DNA of 64,000 nt from an uncultured delta proteobacterium (GTDB lineage Bacteria > Desulfobacterota > Binatia > Binatales > Binataceae), in contig CAVWLM010000006.1 in assembly GCA_963755905.1 (NCBI GenBank), positions 411,471-475,470 on the forward strand, read 5' to 3'. This document shows, in pieces, positions 1 to 8,560 of the stretch. The stretch's first letter is position 1, and every line of letters starts with the position of its first letter. The notes beneath the pieces were generated by a model. It saw nothing but the letters and a program-made list of their open reading frames with translations. It was not told where the DNA came from and ran no database searches. Position numbers and translations under genes: made by a program.

Positions 1-2
1 AT

Positions 3-176
3 GATCTTGGCCGCGGCGAAGGCTGGGAGAAGTACGTCAAGACCTTTATTCCCCTGGGCTATCCGGGTGACGGTTCCGAGTGCGCCGAACTGGTCCGCTT
101 CCTGGTCACCGATCGCGGCAAATGGATAACGGGTCAGGCGATTAATATCGATGGCGGCACGGTTTGGGGTCACTGA
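3..176 (+). CDS. Short-chain dehydrogenase/reductase, C-terminal fragment (5' end outside window)
   Basis: Manual translation from nt 3: ...IPLGYPGDGSECAELVRFLVTDRGKWITGQAINIDGGTVWGH*, a typical SDR C-terminus (ITGQxIxxDGG). Confidence 0.85.
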   Translation, partial: DLGRGEGWEKYVKTFIPLGYPGDGSECAELVRFLVTDRGKWITGQAINIDGGTVWGH

Positions 177-292
177 GGAATAGGTCAAAAGCGGCGCATT
201 GCGGCATGCTGGCGGGTGTGCCTATCGTTCGGATGCAGGACATCCCCACCCTCAATCCACTTCCCAAGTCCTTGATACTCAGGAGCGACCCT

Positions 293-487
293 ATGAAAGT
301 CGTTGTGGATCACAATCTTTGCGAAGGGAACGGCCGTTGTGTCGAGGTCGCGCCCCAGGTGTTCGAACTTCGCGACGACGATCTCAGCTATGTGCTGATG
401 GACAATCCACCGCGGGAATTGCGTGACAAGCTCCAGCTTGCGACGACGCTCTGCCCCCGCCAGGCGATCCGCCTGGTCGAGGACTAG
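293..487 (+). CDS. [3Fe-4S]-type ferredoxin
   Basis: MKVVVDHNLCEGNGRC...CPRQAI; CxxNxxC...CP motif; AGGAG RBS at 281-285; directly upstream of the P450. Confidence 0.92.
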   Translation: MKVVVDHNLCEGNGRCVEVAPQVFELRDDDLSYVLMDNPPRELRDKLQLATTLCPRQAIRLVED

Positions 488-495
488 CCAGGGCG

Positions 496-1737
496 ATGCC
501 ATCCCTTACGCTCGAAACGCTCGACATCATCAATCCGGATCTTTACGTCCAGCGGGGCTATCCGCACGAGGAATGGGCGCTGCTCAGAAGAGAAGCCCCG
601 GTCTTCCGTTATGAGCGTCCGCGCGTCGAGCCGTTCTGGGCGATCACCAAGCACGCCGACATCGTGACCGTCTCGCGGCAGCCCGAACTTTTCAGAAGCA
701 GCCAGTTGCTCTTCGTGGTTCAGGACGAGCCGGGCTCTCCCCTGCCCGACGAACCGGTCCTGCGCCAGCTCCTCAATATGAACCCGCCGGAGCATGGCGA
801 ATTTCGCCGCGTAGTCAATCAGCGTTTCACACCGCGTTCGGTGCGGCAGTTGAAGGACCAGATCGAGCGGATTACTACCGAGGTGCTCGACGACCTGGTG
901 GGGCGCGAGGAGTGCGACTTCGTCACCGAGGTCTCAGCCAAGCTTCCGCTCGCGGTGATCGCGGAGATGTTCGGCATCCCGCGCGCCGACTGGGCGTTGA
1001 TGTTCCGGCTGAGTAACACGATGATCGGTCCGGCCGACCCCGAATACGGGGGCAGCGAAACGATCACGCAGAACCTTGAACGCGCGCGGATGGAATTCTT
1101 CCAGTATTTCAATCAGCTCTGTGAAGATCGGCGTAAGAACCCGCGCGACGACCTCGCGAGCGCGCTTGCCAACGGCACGGTCAACGGCGAACCGCTTCCG
1201 CCGTTCGAGCTATTGTCCTATTTCGCCTTGCTCATCATCGCCGGCAACGAAACCACGCGAAACGCCACTACCGGCGGTCTCCACGCGCTCATCGGTAATC
1301 CCGCTCAATGGGAGCGCCTGAAAAACGATCCGTCGCTGGCACCCAAGGCGACCGAGGAAATCGTTCGATGGACTTCGCCGGTGATCCAGTTCACGCGCAT
1401 CGCCACCGCCGATACGACGCTTGGCGGTCAGCAGATTCACGAGGGCGATTTCCTCGCGCTCTTTTATCCCTCGGCCGCCCGCGACGAAGAGATCTTCGAG
1501 CGGCCGTCCACGTTCGACATCGGCCGCTATCCCAACCCGCATATCTCTTTTGGCATCGGCGAGCATTTTTGCCTGGGGGCGAATCTCGCGCGGCTGGAGT
1601 TGCAGGTGATGTTTCGGCAACTGGCGGAGCGCCTGGAGTTCGTGGAGCTGGCAGGTCCCACGCAGCGGATGCGTTCGAGCTTCGTCGGCGGCATCAAGCA
1701 CATGCCGATTCGCTACAGGATTCGCGGCCGGTCGTGA
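496..1737 (+). CDS. Cytochrome P450 (CYP125/CYP124/CYP142-like)
   Basis: I-helix AGNETT, ExxR (EEIVRW), heme motif FGIGEHFCLG. Confidence 0.95.
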   Translation: MPSLTLETLDIINPDLYVQRGYPHEEWALLRREAPVFRYERPRVEPFWAITKHADIVTVSRQPELFRSSQLLFVVQDEPGSPLPDEPVLRQLLNMNPPEHGEFRRVVNQRFTPRSVRQLKDQIERITTEVLDDLVGREECDFVTEVSAKLPLAVIAEMFGIPRADWALMFRLSNTMIGPADPEYGGSETITQNLERARMEFFQYFNQLCEDRRKNPRDDLASALANGTVNGEPLPPFELLSYFALLIIAGNETTRNATTGGLHALIGNPAQWERLKNDPSLAPKATEEIVRWTSPVIQFTRIATADTTLGGQQIHEGDFLALFYPSAARDEEIFERPSTFDIGRYPNPHISFGIGEHFCLGANLARLELQVMFRQLAERLEFVELAGPTQRMRSSFVGGIKHMPIRYRIRGRS

Positions 1738-1798
1738 CGGAAATCGCGCGTCGGCCTGGGTATAACGGGCGGACGACGCGACTCGATTCGTGACCTGC

Positions 1799-2299
1799 TC
1801 AGCGATGCTTCGCGGGCAGCGACGCGAGGCTTTGCGAGAGCAATTCAAGCGCGGCGGCCGCAAAGGCGCGCATATTGGCGACGCGGTCGCTACTACCGGT
1901 TTCGACCGTTATCGCGCGCTCGACCGGCCCCTCGATAGCGATACAACTGTGCCCGGCCGGATCGCCATAGCGATTTCCCGTGGGCCCGGCGGCCCCGACT
2001 TCGGCCAGACTCCAGGTGGTCGAAAAACGTTTAAGCGTCCCACGCGCCAGCACCTGGGCCAAAGGCTCGGTTACTCCCCGAATGCCCGCGAAGGCCGAAT
2101 CCGGGATGTCGAGCAGCGTGCGTCGCGACTCGCGCGTGTAGACGATCGCGCCCCCAAGGAAGTAAGCGGAGGCGCCCGGCACCGCCAGCAGCGCCGCCGA
2201 AATGACGCCGCCGGAAGAGGATTCGGCGATCGCGATGGTTTCGCGGCGATCCTTGAGTAGAGCGCCCAGCTTTAGGGCTATCGGCAGCAGATCCTGCAT
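1799..2299 (-). CDS. CinA C-terminal/PncC-family protein
   Basis: IAIAESSSGG...VPGASAYFLGG...GAAGPTG motifs; ATG at 2299 with AAGGAG RBS. Confidence 0.85.
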   Translation of the reverse strand: MQDLLPIALKLGALLKDRRETIAIAESSSGGVISAALLAVPGASAYFLGGAIVYTRESRRTLLDIPDSAFAGIRGVTEPLAQVLARGTLKRFSTTWSLAEVGAAGPTGNRYGDPAGHSCIAIEGPVERAITVETGSSDRVANMRAFAAAALELLSQSLASLPAKHR

Positions 2300-2383
2300 C
2301 GAGGTTGGCTCCTTCGCGCTAACGTAATTGCCGCAGCATAGTCGCGAGGCTAAGGAAAAGGCCAATCCAAACGGCGGACGCCG

Positions 2384-2671
2384 CTATTTGACCTCGATCT
2401 CGATAAAGCTGAACTCGAACGCGTTCTGATTTATCACGTCGTGCGAGACCCCGGCGCCGCGGGCATAAGGCGCGCCGCTAACCAGTTCGGCGTCGCTGGC
2501 GGTGCCGTCGAAAGCGACGATTCGCAGATTGCCGGTGGTCAGTGGCACCACGACGTAATCGTGAGCATGAACGTGGGGTCCGGTGGCTTCGCCCGGCGCG
2601 AAGGTCCATCGCGTCACGATCACCCGCCGGTTTTCGATTAGCTGTTTTGACGTCGCCCTCGGTTCATTCAT
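2384..2671 (-). CDS. Small cupin domain protein
   Basis: PGEATGPHVHAHDYVVVP...GVSHDVIN cupin metal motifs. Confidence 0.88.
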   Translation of the reverse strand: MNEPRATSKQLIENRRVIVTRWTFAPGEATGPHVHAHDYVVVPLTTGNLRIVAFDGTASDAELVSGAPYARGAGVSHDVINQNAFEFSFIEIEVK

Positions 2672-2691
2672 GGATCGTCCCCCGGCAAAAT

Positions 2692-2895
2692 ATGGAAAAT
2701 TATGATCGAGACTACGCGATACTGTCCCGACCCGAACCTCCGCGATCGAGCGATGTGCCGCCCGTATCCAATCGCTCTCCGAATGCAGCCTACCTGCGGA
2801 CGCTTTCGGAAGGAATCAAAGCCCGGCAAAATGCTAGTCAGCCTTTGATGGCGGAGACGGCGGAGGTCTTGGAAATCATGGCTGAAACACGATAA
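2692..2895 (+). CDS. Hypothetical small protein (67 aa), uncertain
   Basis: ATG-started ORF MENYDRDY...MAETR fills the gap between the cupin and cytochrome genes; no clear RBS or motif. Confidence 0.25.
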   Translation: MENYDRDYAILSRPEPPRSSDVPPVSNRSPNAAYLRTLSEGIKARQNASQPLMAETAEVLEIMAETR

Positions 2896-2938
2896 AGGAG
2901 ACGACGCGCCGCGCCCTGTTGAGGAGCGGCCTGAGCCC

Positions 2939-4438
2939 TTGCACTTGAGATCGACCAATTGTTCCGGCGTCGCGAAATACGCGGCCGTCAAATATGCGGC
3001 TGTGACTTTCGCGACTATTGCGCTCTCCCTGTTCGTCGGATGGGCGGTGACCAACGCTGGCAACGACGACGCGGCTCCTAAGGGCGCGGCTCACGCCTCA
3101 TTCGCGGGCAAGGGTGCGGCGTACGTTCAGGGGGCAAGCCGAGACTACTCGACCGTTTCGGCCAACTACGGTCTCGAGCGCTATTCGACCTGGGAAAATT
3201 CCGGAGGCAAGGCCGCCACCTACCAGCCCGAAGGACCTTTTACCGCCGAAAATCCTTTTTTCAAGCCGCTGGGGACGAACGGTCGCGCCTGTGTCACCTG
3301 CCACGATCCGAGCACCGGATGGACCATCACGCCGGTAAGTATTGGCGCGCGCTTCGAGGCGAGCCACGGCACCGATCCACTGTTCCGGCCGGTCGACGGC
3401 GCCACCTGTCCCGATGACGACGTGTCGACGCCGGCGGCGATGAAGAAAGCGTATACGCTGCTGCTCAACAAGGGGCTCATCCGAATCGGCATCGCGATAC
3501 CGCCGAACGCCGAGTTCTCAGTGATCAAAGTCGACGATCCGTACCATTGCACCAGGCTGAACAGTCCTAAGAGCGGAGTGCTCTCGGTCTACCGCCGTCC
3601 GTTACAGGCGACCAATCTGCGCTTCGAGGACTCGTTGATGTGGGACGGACGGATGGCCGACCTGGAACATCAGGTCAACGACGCGGTGCGCGGCCACGAG
3701 CAGGCGATAGACGGGCCGATGCCCGATCAGCTCGCGCGGCTCATCGAATTCGAAACCGGAACCTACGACGCACAGGTGTGGGTACCCAAGGCAGGTTCGC
3801 TACAGGACGGAGGCGTGGGCGGTGGGCCGGTGGCGCTCTCTCGCGAGCCCTTCTTTATCGGAGTCAACGATCCCTTCGGCAACAATCCCACCGGCGAGCA
3901 AACTTCGCTTCACGTTTTCAACCTCTACGACCTGTGGCGAGGCGATCCCAATCCCGAGCGCGCGCGAATCGCCCGCGGCCAGGCAATCTTCAACGCGACC
4001 CCGATGATCATCGGAGGCGTCCCGGGCCTGGATGACGCGGAGGACCATTCTACCCACGAGGGCTTCTGCACCACCTGCCACGACACGCCGAACGTGGGAA
4101 ACCGTTCGATTAACATTCTGATGAATCTTGGGACGGCCGACGTCACGCGCCGCACGCCCGATTTGCCGTTGTTCACGTTGCGATGCGACGTCGGCGCGCT
4201 CAAAGGCCAGATCTTCCAGGTGACGGACCCGGGTCAGGCGATGGTCACCGGCAGATGCTTCGATATCGCCCGGTTCAAAACCTCGAGCCTGCGCGGGCTC
4301 GCTTCACGCGCGCCGTACTTTCATGATGGGCAGTCGGCCACCCTGATGGACGTGGTGAACTTCTACAACGACCGCTTCCAGGTCGGGCTCACCCCGGATG
4401 AAAAGGCCGACCTGGTCGCGTTTCTCGGCACGCTTTAG
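2939..4438 (+). CDS. Exported di-heme c-type cytochrome, cytochrome c peroxidase/MauG superfamily
   Basis: N-terminal hydrophobic segment; two CxxCH motifs (CVTCH, CTTCH); LMWDGR, FKTSSLRGL, APYFHDG, DLVAFL motifs; start uncertain. Confidence 0.85.
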   Translation: MHLRSTNCSGVAKYAAVKYAAVTFATIALSLFVGWAVTNAGNDDAAPKGAAHASFAGKGAAYVQGASRDYSTVSANYGLERYSTWENSGGKAATYQPEGPFTAENPFFKPLGTNGRACVTCHDPSTGWTITPVSIGARFEASHGTDPLFRPVDGATCPDDDVSTPAAMKKAYTLLLNKGLIRIGIAIPPNAEFSVIKVDDPYHCTRLNSPKSGVLSVYRRPLQATNLRFEDSLMWDGRMADLEHQVNDAVRGHEQAIDGPMPDQLARLIEFETGTYDAQVWVPKAGSLQDGGVGGGPVALSREPFFIGVNDPFGNNPTGEQTSLHVFNLYDLWRGDPNPERARIARGQAIFNATPMIIGGVPGLDDAEDHSTHEGFCTTCHDTPNVGNRSINILMNLGTADVTRRTPDLPLFTLRCDVGALKGQIFQVTDPGQAMVTGRCFDIARFKTSSLRGLASRAPYFHDGQSATLMDVVNFYNDRFQVGLTPDEKADLVAFLGTL

Positions 4439-4570
4439 TGTCCCGAGTTTGAAGCTCTAAGAATAAATAGCCTCTGCAAATCCCGTCGTTCCCCAAGCGC
4501 CAAAGCGCATCGCGCGCAAGAGACGGCGGATGTGAGCGGGCCATCTACGTCTGCGCCGAAGCAAAGTTCG

Positions 4571-6310
4571 TCATCCATTGGCCACGGACGAATTGCCGCC
4601 GGCTAATTCCATTACATACTTTCCGGGCGCGGGCTCGAGTGGCGGGAATTGTTCGCTGCCGAGTTTAGCCGGTGATTCCCGCTTATCGCCGGAACGTTTA
4701 TCGAGCCATCCGAGCCAATGATCCCACCACGAACCTTTGTGCTCGGTAGAGCCCTTGAGCCAGGTCTCGGGATCGTCACCCAGAGTGGGATTGACATAGT
4801 ACTTGGCCTTGAAGTTGGTCGGCGGGCACACCAGGGTCTGCACATGCCCACTGGAGTTAAGCACGAACTCGGTCCTTCCGCCGAACAGACGCGCGCCGTT
4901 GTAGACGGCGCGCCAGGCGCAAATATGATCGGTCATGCCGCCCACCACGAACATATCGTGGTCGACCTTGCGTAAATCGATTGGCTGGCCGAGGATTTCG
5001 ATCCCGCCGGGCCGCGTCAGGCCGTTGCGCAGCAGCAGTTCCATAAAGCCGGCGTGCAGCCGAGCGGGAAGATTGGTCGAGTCAGCGTTCCAGTACAGGA
5101 TGTCGAACGGCGCCGGATCCTTGCCCATCAGGTAGTTGTTCACCCAGTAATTCCAGACCAGGTCGTTGGGCCGCAGCCACGCGAACAGGCGCTCCATTTC
5201 GGCGCCGTTGAGCACACCCTGCCGCCGCGAGCGCGCGATTGCCGCCGCCACGCCTTCCTCGGTCGTGAACATCCCGGTCATCGAGGGCATGCTCGAGTCC
5301 AGCATCGTGACCACCAGCGTCGCGGCGTTGATGCGGCGGTCGCCGATGGCCGCCAAATAGCCGAGCATCAAGGTCGACGTGATTCCGCCGGAGCAGATGC
5401 CGAGCAGGTTGACGGTGGCGCTGCCGGTTATCTCGCACACCGCGTCCAGCGCTTGCCTGATCGCGGTGACGTATTCGTCGAGACCCCAGTTGCGATGCTC
5501 GGTCCTGGGATTGCGCCAGCTCACGGTGAAAAACGGAACCCCGCGGGCGACCGCATACTCGGTCAGGCTGCGCTTTGGCGCGAGGTCCATGACGTAGAAC
5601 TTGTTGATTTGCGGCGGTACCAGCAGAATCGGCCGTTCGTACACCTGCCTGGTCGTAGGCGTGTACTGCAGCAGTTCGAGTATCTCCGAGCGAAAGACCA
5701 CGGCGCCGGGCGTGACGGCCAGGTTACGGCCGACGGCGAACGGACGTTTGTCGACCGTCTGCGGCATCCCGTTGTTGTTCCAGAGGTCGTCGAAAAAGCT
5801 GCGCATCCCATGTATCAGGCTGGCCCCGCCGGTCTCGAAGGCGCGCTTGAGCGCCGCCGGATTGCCGATCAGCAGATTGGTCGGCGCGAGCGCTTCGGTC
5901 AGTAGCCGGACCGCAAAACGCTGCTGTTCGACTTCCTTCCATTCACCGTTGGCGCTCTCGGGCACCATCGAGTGCATCGTCGAACGGCAGACAAGGTAAG
6001 CCTGCATCATGCGGCGATAGAATGGATTGTCGGACCATGTCGGGTCGGCGAAGCGCTTATCGTTATCTTCCGGAACTACATCGGAGACACCGGCGGCAAC
6101 CTTCGCCAGCTCGACCGCCAGCTTGGTCAGTTGGCCGCCGAGAATCTCGGGATGCTTGAGCGAGTCGCTGACGAAGTTAGTCAGTTGCTCGAGGACCTGA
6201 TCTGAATCCAGGCCCACGAAGGGATTTGCGCCCAGGATGGCATCGGCCGCCTTGACCGCTTGCTCGGGCGTTTCGGCAAACTCGACGGACTGCTTCGCAG
6301 TGGCTTTCAT
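4571..6310 (-). CDS. phaC: Poly(3-hydroxyalkanoate) synthase, class II-like
   Basis: PPQINKFYVMDL, lipase box GICSGG, FAWLRPNDLVWNYWVNNYLMG, DHI, SSGHVQ, GSWW. Confidence 0.93.
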   Translation of the reverse strand: MKATAKQSVEFAETPEQAVKAADAILGANPFVGLDSDQVLEQLTNFVSDSLKHPEILGGQLTKLAVELAKVAAGVSDVVPEDNDKRFADPTWSDNPFYRRMMQAYLVCRSTMHSMVPESANGEWKEVEQQRFAVRLLTEALAPTNLLIGNPAALKRAFETGGASLIHGMRSFFDDLWNNNGMPQTVDKRPFAVGRNLAVTPGAVVFRSEILELLQYTPTTRQVYERPILLVPPQINKFYVMDLAPKRSLTEYAVARGVPFFTVSWRNPRTEHRNWGLDEYVTAIRQALDAVCEITGSATVNLLGICSGGITSTLMLGYLAAIGDRRINAATLVVTMLDSSMPSMTGMFTTEEGVAAAIARSRRQGVLNGAEMERLFAWLRPNDLVWNYWVNNYLMGKDPAPFDILYWNADSTNLPARLHAGFMELLLRNGLTRPGGIEILGQPIDLRKVDHDMFVVGGMTDHICAWRAVYNGARLFGGRTEFVLNSSGHVQTLVCPPTNFKAKYYVNPTLGDDPETWLKGSTEHKGSWWDHWLGWLDKRSGDKRESPAKLGSEQFPPLEPAPGKYVMELAGGNSSVANG

Positions 6311-6370
6311 CTCGTCGCCCTCCCTCGAAGCGATGCGACAGCCCACTTATCGCCGCGGCAATGGAGTGCT

Positions 6371-7396
6371 TCAACCTAGTAACTCCAGGCCGCGTTCGAA
6401 CAGTCGGGGCCCCGACAGGGCGATATCCTCCCAAGTCGGGTCTGGGCGCTTGCCGCGTCGATGTAACATGAGATTGAACGCTGTTATAACTCCAAATCGG
6501 TAACCCGCAAACGCCCGGAACCATCGCACCTGATCGGGATCGACGGCTGAACTGGCCATCGAGGCGTAAAGCCCGGTTATCTCGTCCGGTGGCAGAACAT
6601 GCGCCGGCACCAGGTCCTGCGTCTCCCAGCTCTCACGGTCTGAAAACAGGCAAAGCCATCCGAGATCGATCAGCGTCGCGCCTATCTGCGAGAGTTCCCA
6701 ATCTATGACCGCTTTGAGGCGCCCACCGTCGAACAGACAGTTCGACCACTGGAAATCGCCGTGAACGCATCCGACATGCACCCGCTCGGGCGAGGGCAGA
6801 CTTTGGCGCAGACGCTCGCGTAAGAGAGGTCCGCGTCCGACGACTTTGGAGTCCAGCGTCGGCCGATCGAGCAGGTTGTCCAGCCGCTTCATTTCGTCAG
6901 AGAGTGAAAGCGGCTCGCCCCAGGCCTCGCGGCGCGGCTCCCACGGGACCGTGTGCAGCGCGGCCAGCGCCTCGACCGCATGCGTGACCATCGGACGCGT
7001 CTCGCTGGCAGTATAGGTACGCTCGCCCAGTGCGAGCTTGTCGCCTACCAGGAAGCCGACCACGAAAAACGGCCGCCCGAACCATCGCGGGTCGCCGTCA
7101 TACCATTTGACTGCCGGCACGGGCACCGCGGTGCCGGCAAGCGAGGCCATGATTCGCGCCTGGCGGACTACGTCGGTCGGCCCTGCTATCGGGACGCCCT
7201 CTGGCGCAAGCCGAACCACCAGCCGCTCGGTCCGCGGCGCATCGTCCACTTTCGTTGTCAGTTCGAAACTGTAGCTCAGGCCCGCATGGCCGGGCAGCGG
7301 GCTGGGCTCGCCCACCGTCGCATCCGGGTCACCGGTCTTCTCGCGCACCAGCAATGTGAGCTGGTGCGCGATCTGGTCGAGTTGCTGGTCAGGCAT
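6371..7396 (-). CDS. APH-family phosphotransferase (ACAD10/11 kinase, LvaA-like)
   Basis: VHGDFQWSN and VIDWELSQIG kinase motifs; ATG at 7396. Confidence 0.88.
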   Translation of the reverse strand: MPDQQLDQIAHQLTLLVREKTGDPDATVGEPSPLPGHAGLSYSFELTTKVDDAPRTERLVVRLAPEGVPIAGPTDVVRQARIMASLAGTAVPVPAVKWYDGDPRWFGRPFFVVGFLVGDKLALGERTYTASETRPMVTHAVEALAALHTVPWEPRREAWGEPLSLSDEMKRLDNLLDRPTLDSKVVGRGPLLRERLRQSLPSPERVHVGCVHGDFQWSNCLFDGGRLKAVIDWELSQIGATLIDLGWLCLFSDRESWETQDLVPAHVLPPDEITGLYASMASSAVDPDQVRWFRAFAGYRFGVITAFNLMLHRRGKRPDPTWEDIALSGPRLFERGLELLG

Positions 7397-7518
7397 TACT
7401 GATTGCTTTTGCTGATGACTGATAAATTTTGCTGACGGCGCCTGGTGATGAGTCGTGACGTATCGCGGCGGGCCGGCGGCTCGAGACGGAGCCGCCGGCC
7501 AATCACGAACGGAATCTT

Positions 7519-8169
7519 TCAGCCGCGCATCTTCAGCTTGCCAGCCGCCGGATGCAGGCTCGAGATCGCGCTTGGCCGATCCGCTGTGCGTTTGAACCAT
7601 GCCTGTAGATTTTTGGCCGAGGCGGGGATCGGCTGACCCACACCCGAGGAGAAGTCCAAACAGCAATATAGAATGATGTCGGCGATGGTAAAGCGGTTGG
7701 GTACGATCCAGTCGCGTCCTGCGATCAACCCGTCGAGCCACTCCATTCGCTTCTGCGCGAGCGTTTTGAGTGAGGGAGACGCCTCAGGAAAAACCGGCAC
7801 GCGGTTCTTGAATAGTTCGAACCCCTCAGCGTAGCGAAAACCGTTGTAAATGTTCTCGGTGATGTTCAGCTCGACGCGTCGCTGCCACTGGCGCGTTTCG
7901 GCGCGCTCCTCGGCCGTTGCGCCGATGAGCGCGGGCTTGGGATTTTTTTCTTCGAGATACTCGAAGATGGCGACCGTTTCGCCAATGGTCTTGCCGTTGT
8001 CGAGTTCGAGCGCCGGTAGTTGTCCCCCCGGGTTTAAATCGGTATACGGCGCGCGGCGGTTCTCTGCCCCCATGAGATCGACGTCGCGCGTCGGAAGGGT
8101 GAGGCCTTTTTCGGCAAGGAACATCCTCAGCGCGCGCGGATTGGGCCCAAAAGAATTGTAAATTAGCAT
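7519..8169 (-). CDS. Glutathione S-transferase family protein
   Basis: GPNPRALRMFLAEKG, NPGGQLPALELDNG, ETVAIFEYLE, FTIADI; AAGGAG RBS. Confidence 0.93.
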   Translation of the reverse strand: MLIYNSFGPNPRALRMFLAEKGLTLPTRDVDLMGAENRRAPYTDLNPGGQLPALELDNGKTIGETVAIFEYLEEKNPKPALIGATAEERAETRQWQRRVELNITENIYNGFRYAEGFELFKNRVPVFPEASPSLKTLAQKRMEWLDGLIAGRDWIVPNRFTIADIILYCCLDFSSGVGQPIPASAKNLQAWFKRTADRPSAISSLHPAAGKLKMRG

Positions 8170-8363
8170 CCCGGTTGTCTCCTTAGAATTTAGTTGCGCC
8201 GGCATATAACGCGTCGATGCGTACTGCCGCGCCTATATTCGGGGCGCCCATGAGTAGCCGTCTTATCTCCGAGCGCCTTTACCCCAAGCCTCCCCACCCT
8301 AGACCATCGCGAGTTTTGAGTACAACGCGCCACCCGCTCGGCCGCTCAGCTTTCCCCGCTGCG

Positions 8364-8424
8364 GCCTGCCTGCGCAACCACGTGCGGTCCGCATCGCGGA
8401 CCGCACGTGGTTGCGCAGGCAGGC
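8364..8424. repeat. Perfect 29-bp inverted repeat with a 3-nt loop
   Basis: GCCTGCCTGCGCAACCACGTGCGGTCCGC-ATC-GCGGACCGCACGTGGTTGCGCAGGCAGGC, checked base by base. Confidence 0.95.
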
Positions 8425-8452
8425 GCGGCTGTGATTTTTTCTTAGGTGCCAG

Positions 8453-8499
8453 TGCGACGCGTGCGCCAGGACGCGAGGCGTCCTGGCGCACGCGTCGCA
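8453..8499. repeat. Perfect 22-bp inverted repeat with a 3-nt loop
   Basis: TGCGACGCGTGCGCCAGGACGC-GAG-GCGTCCTGGCGCACGCGTCGCA. Confidence 0.95.
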
Positions 8500-8560
8500 G
8501 CGTGGGGCATGAATGCCTGGCCGCGGCGAGGCCGGGCACAACAACGTAGATGCGATTCTA

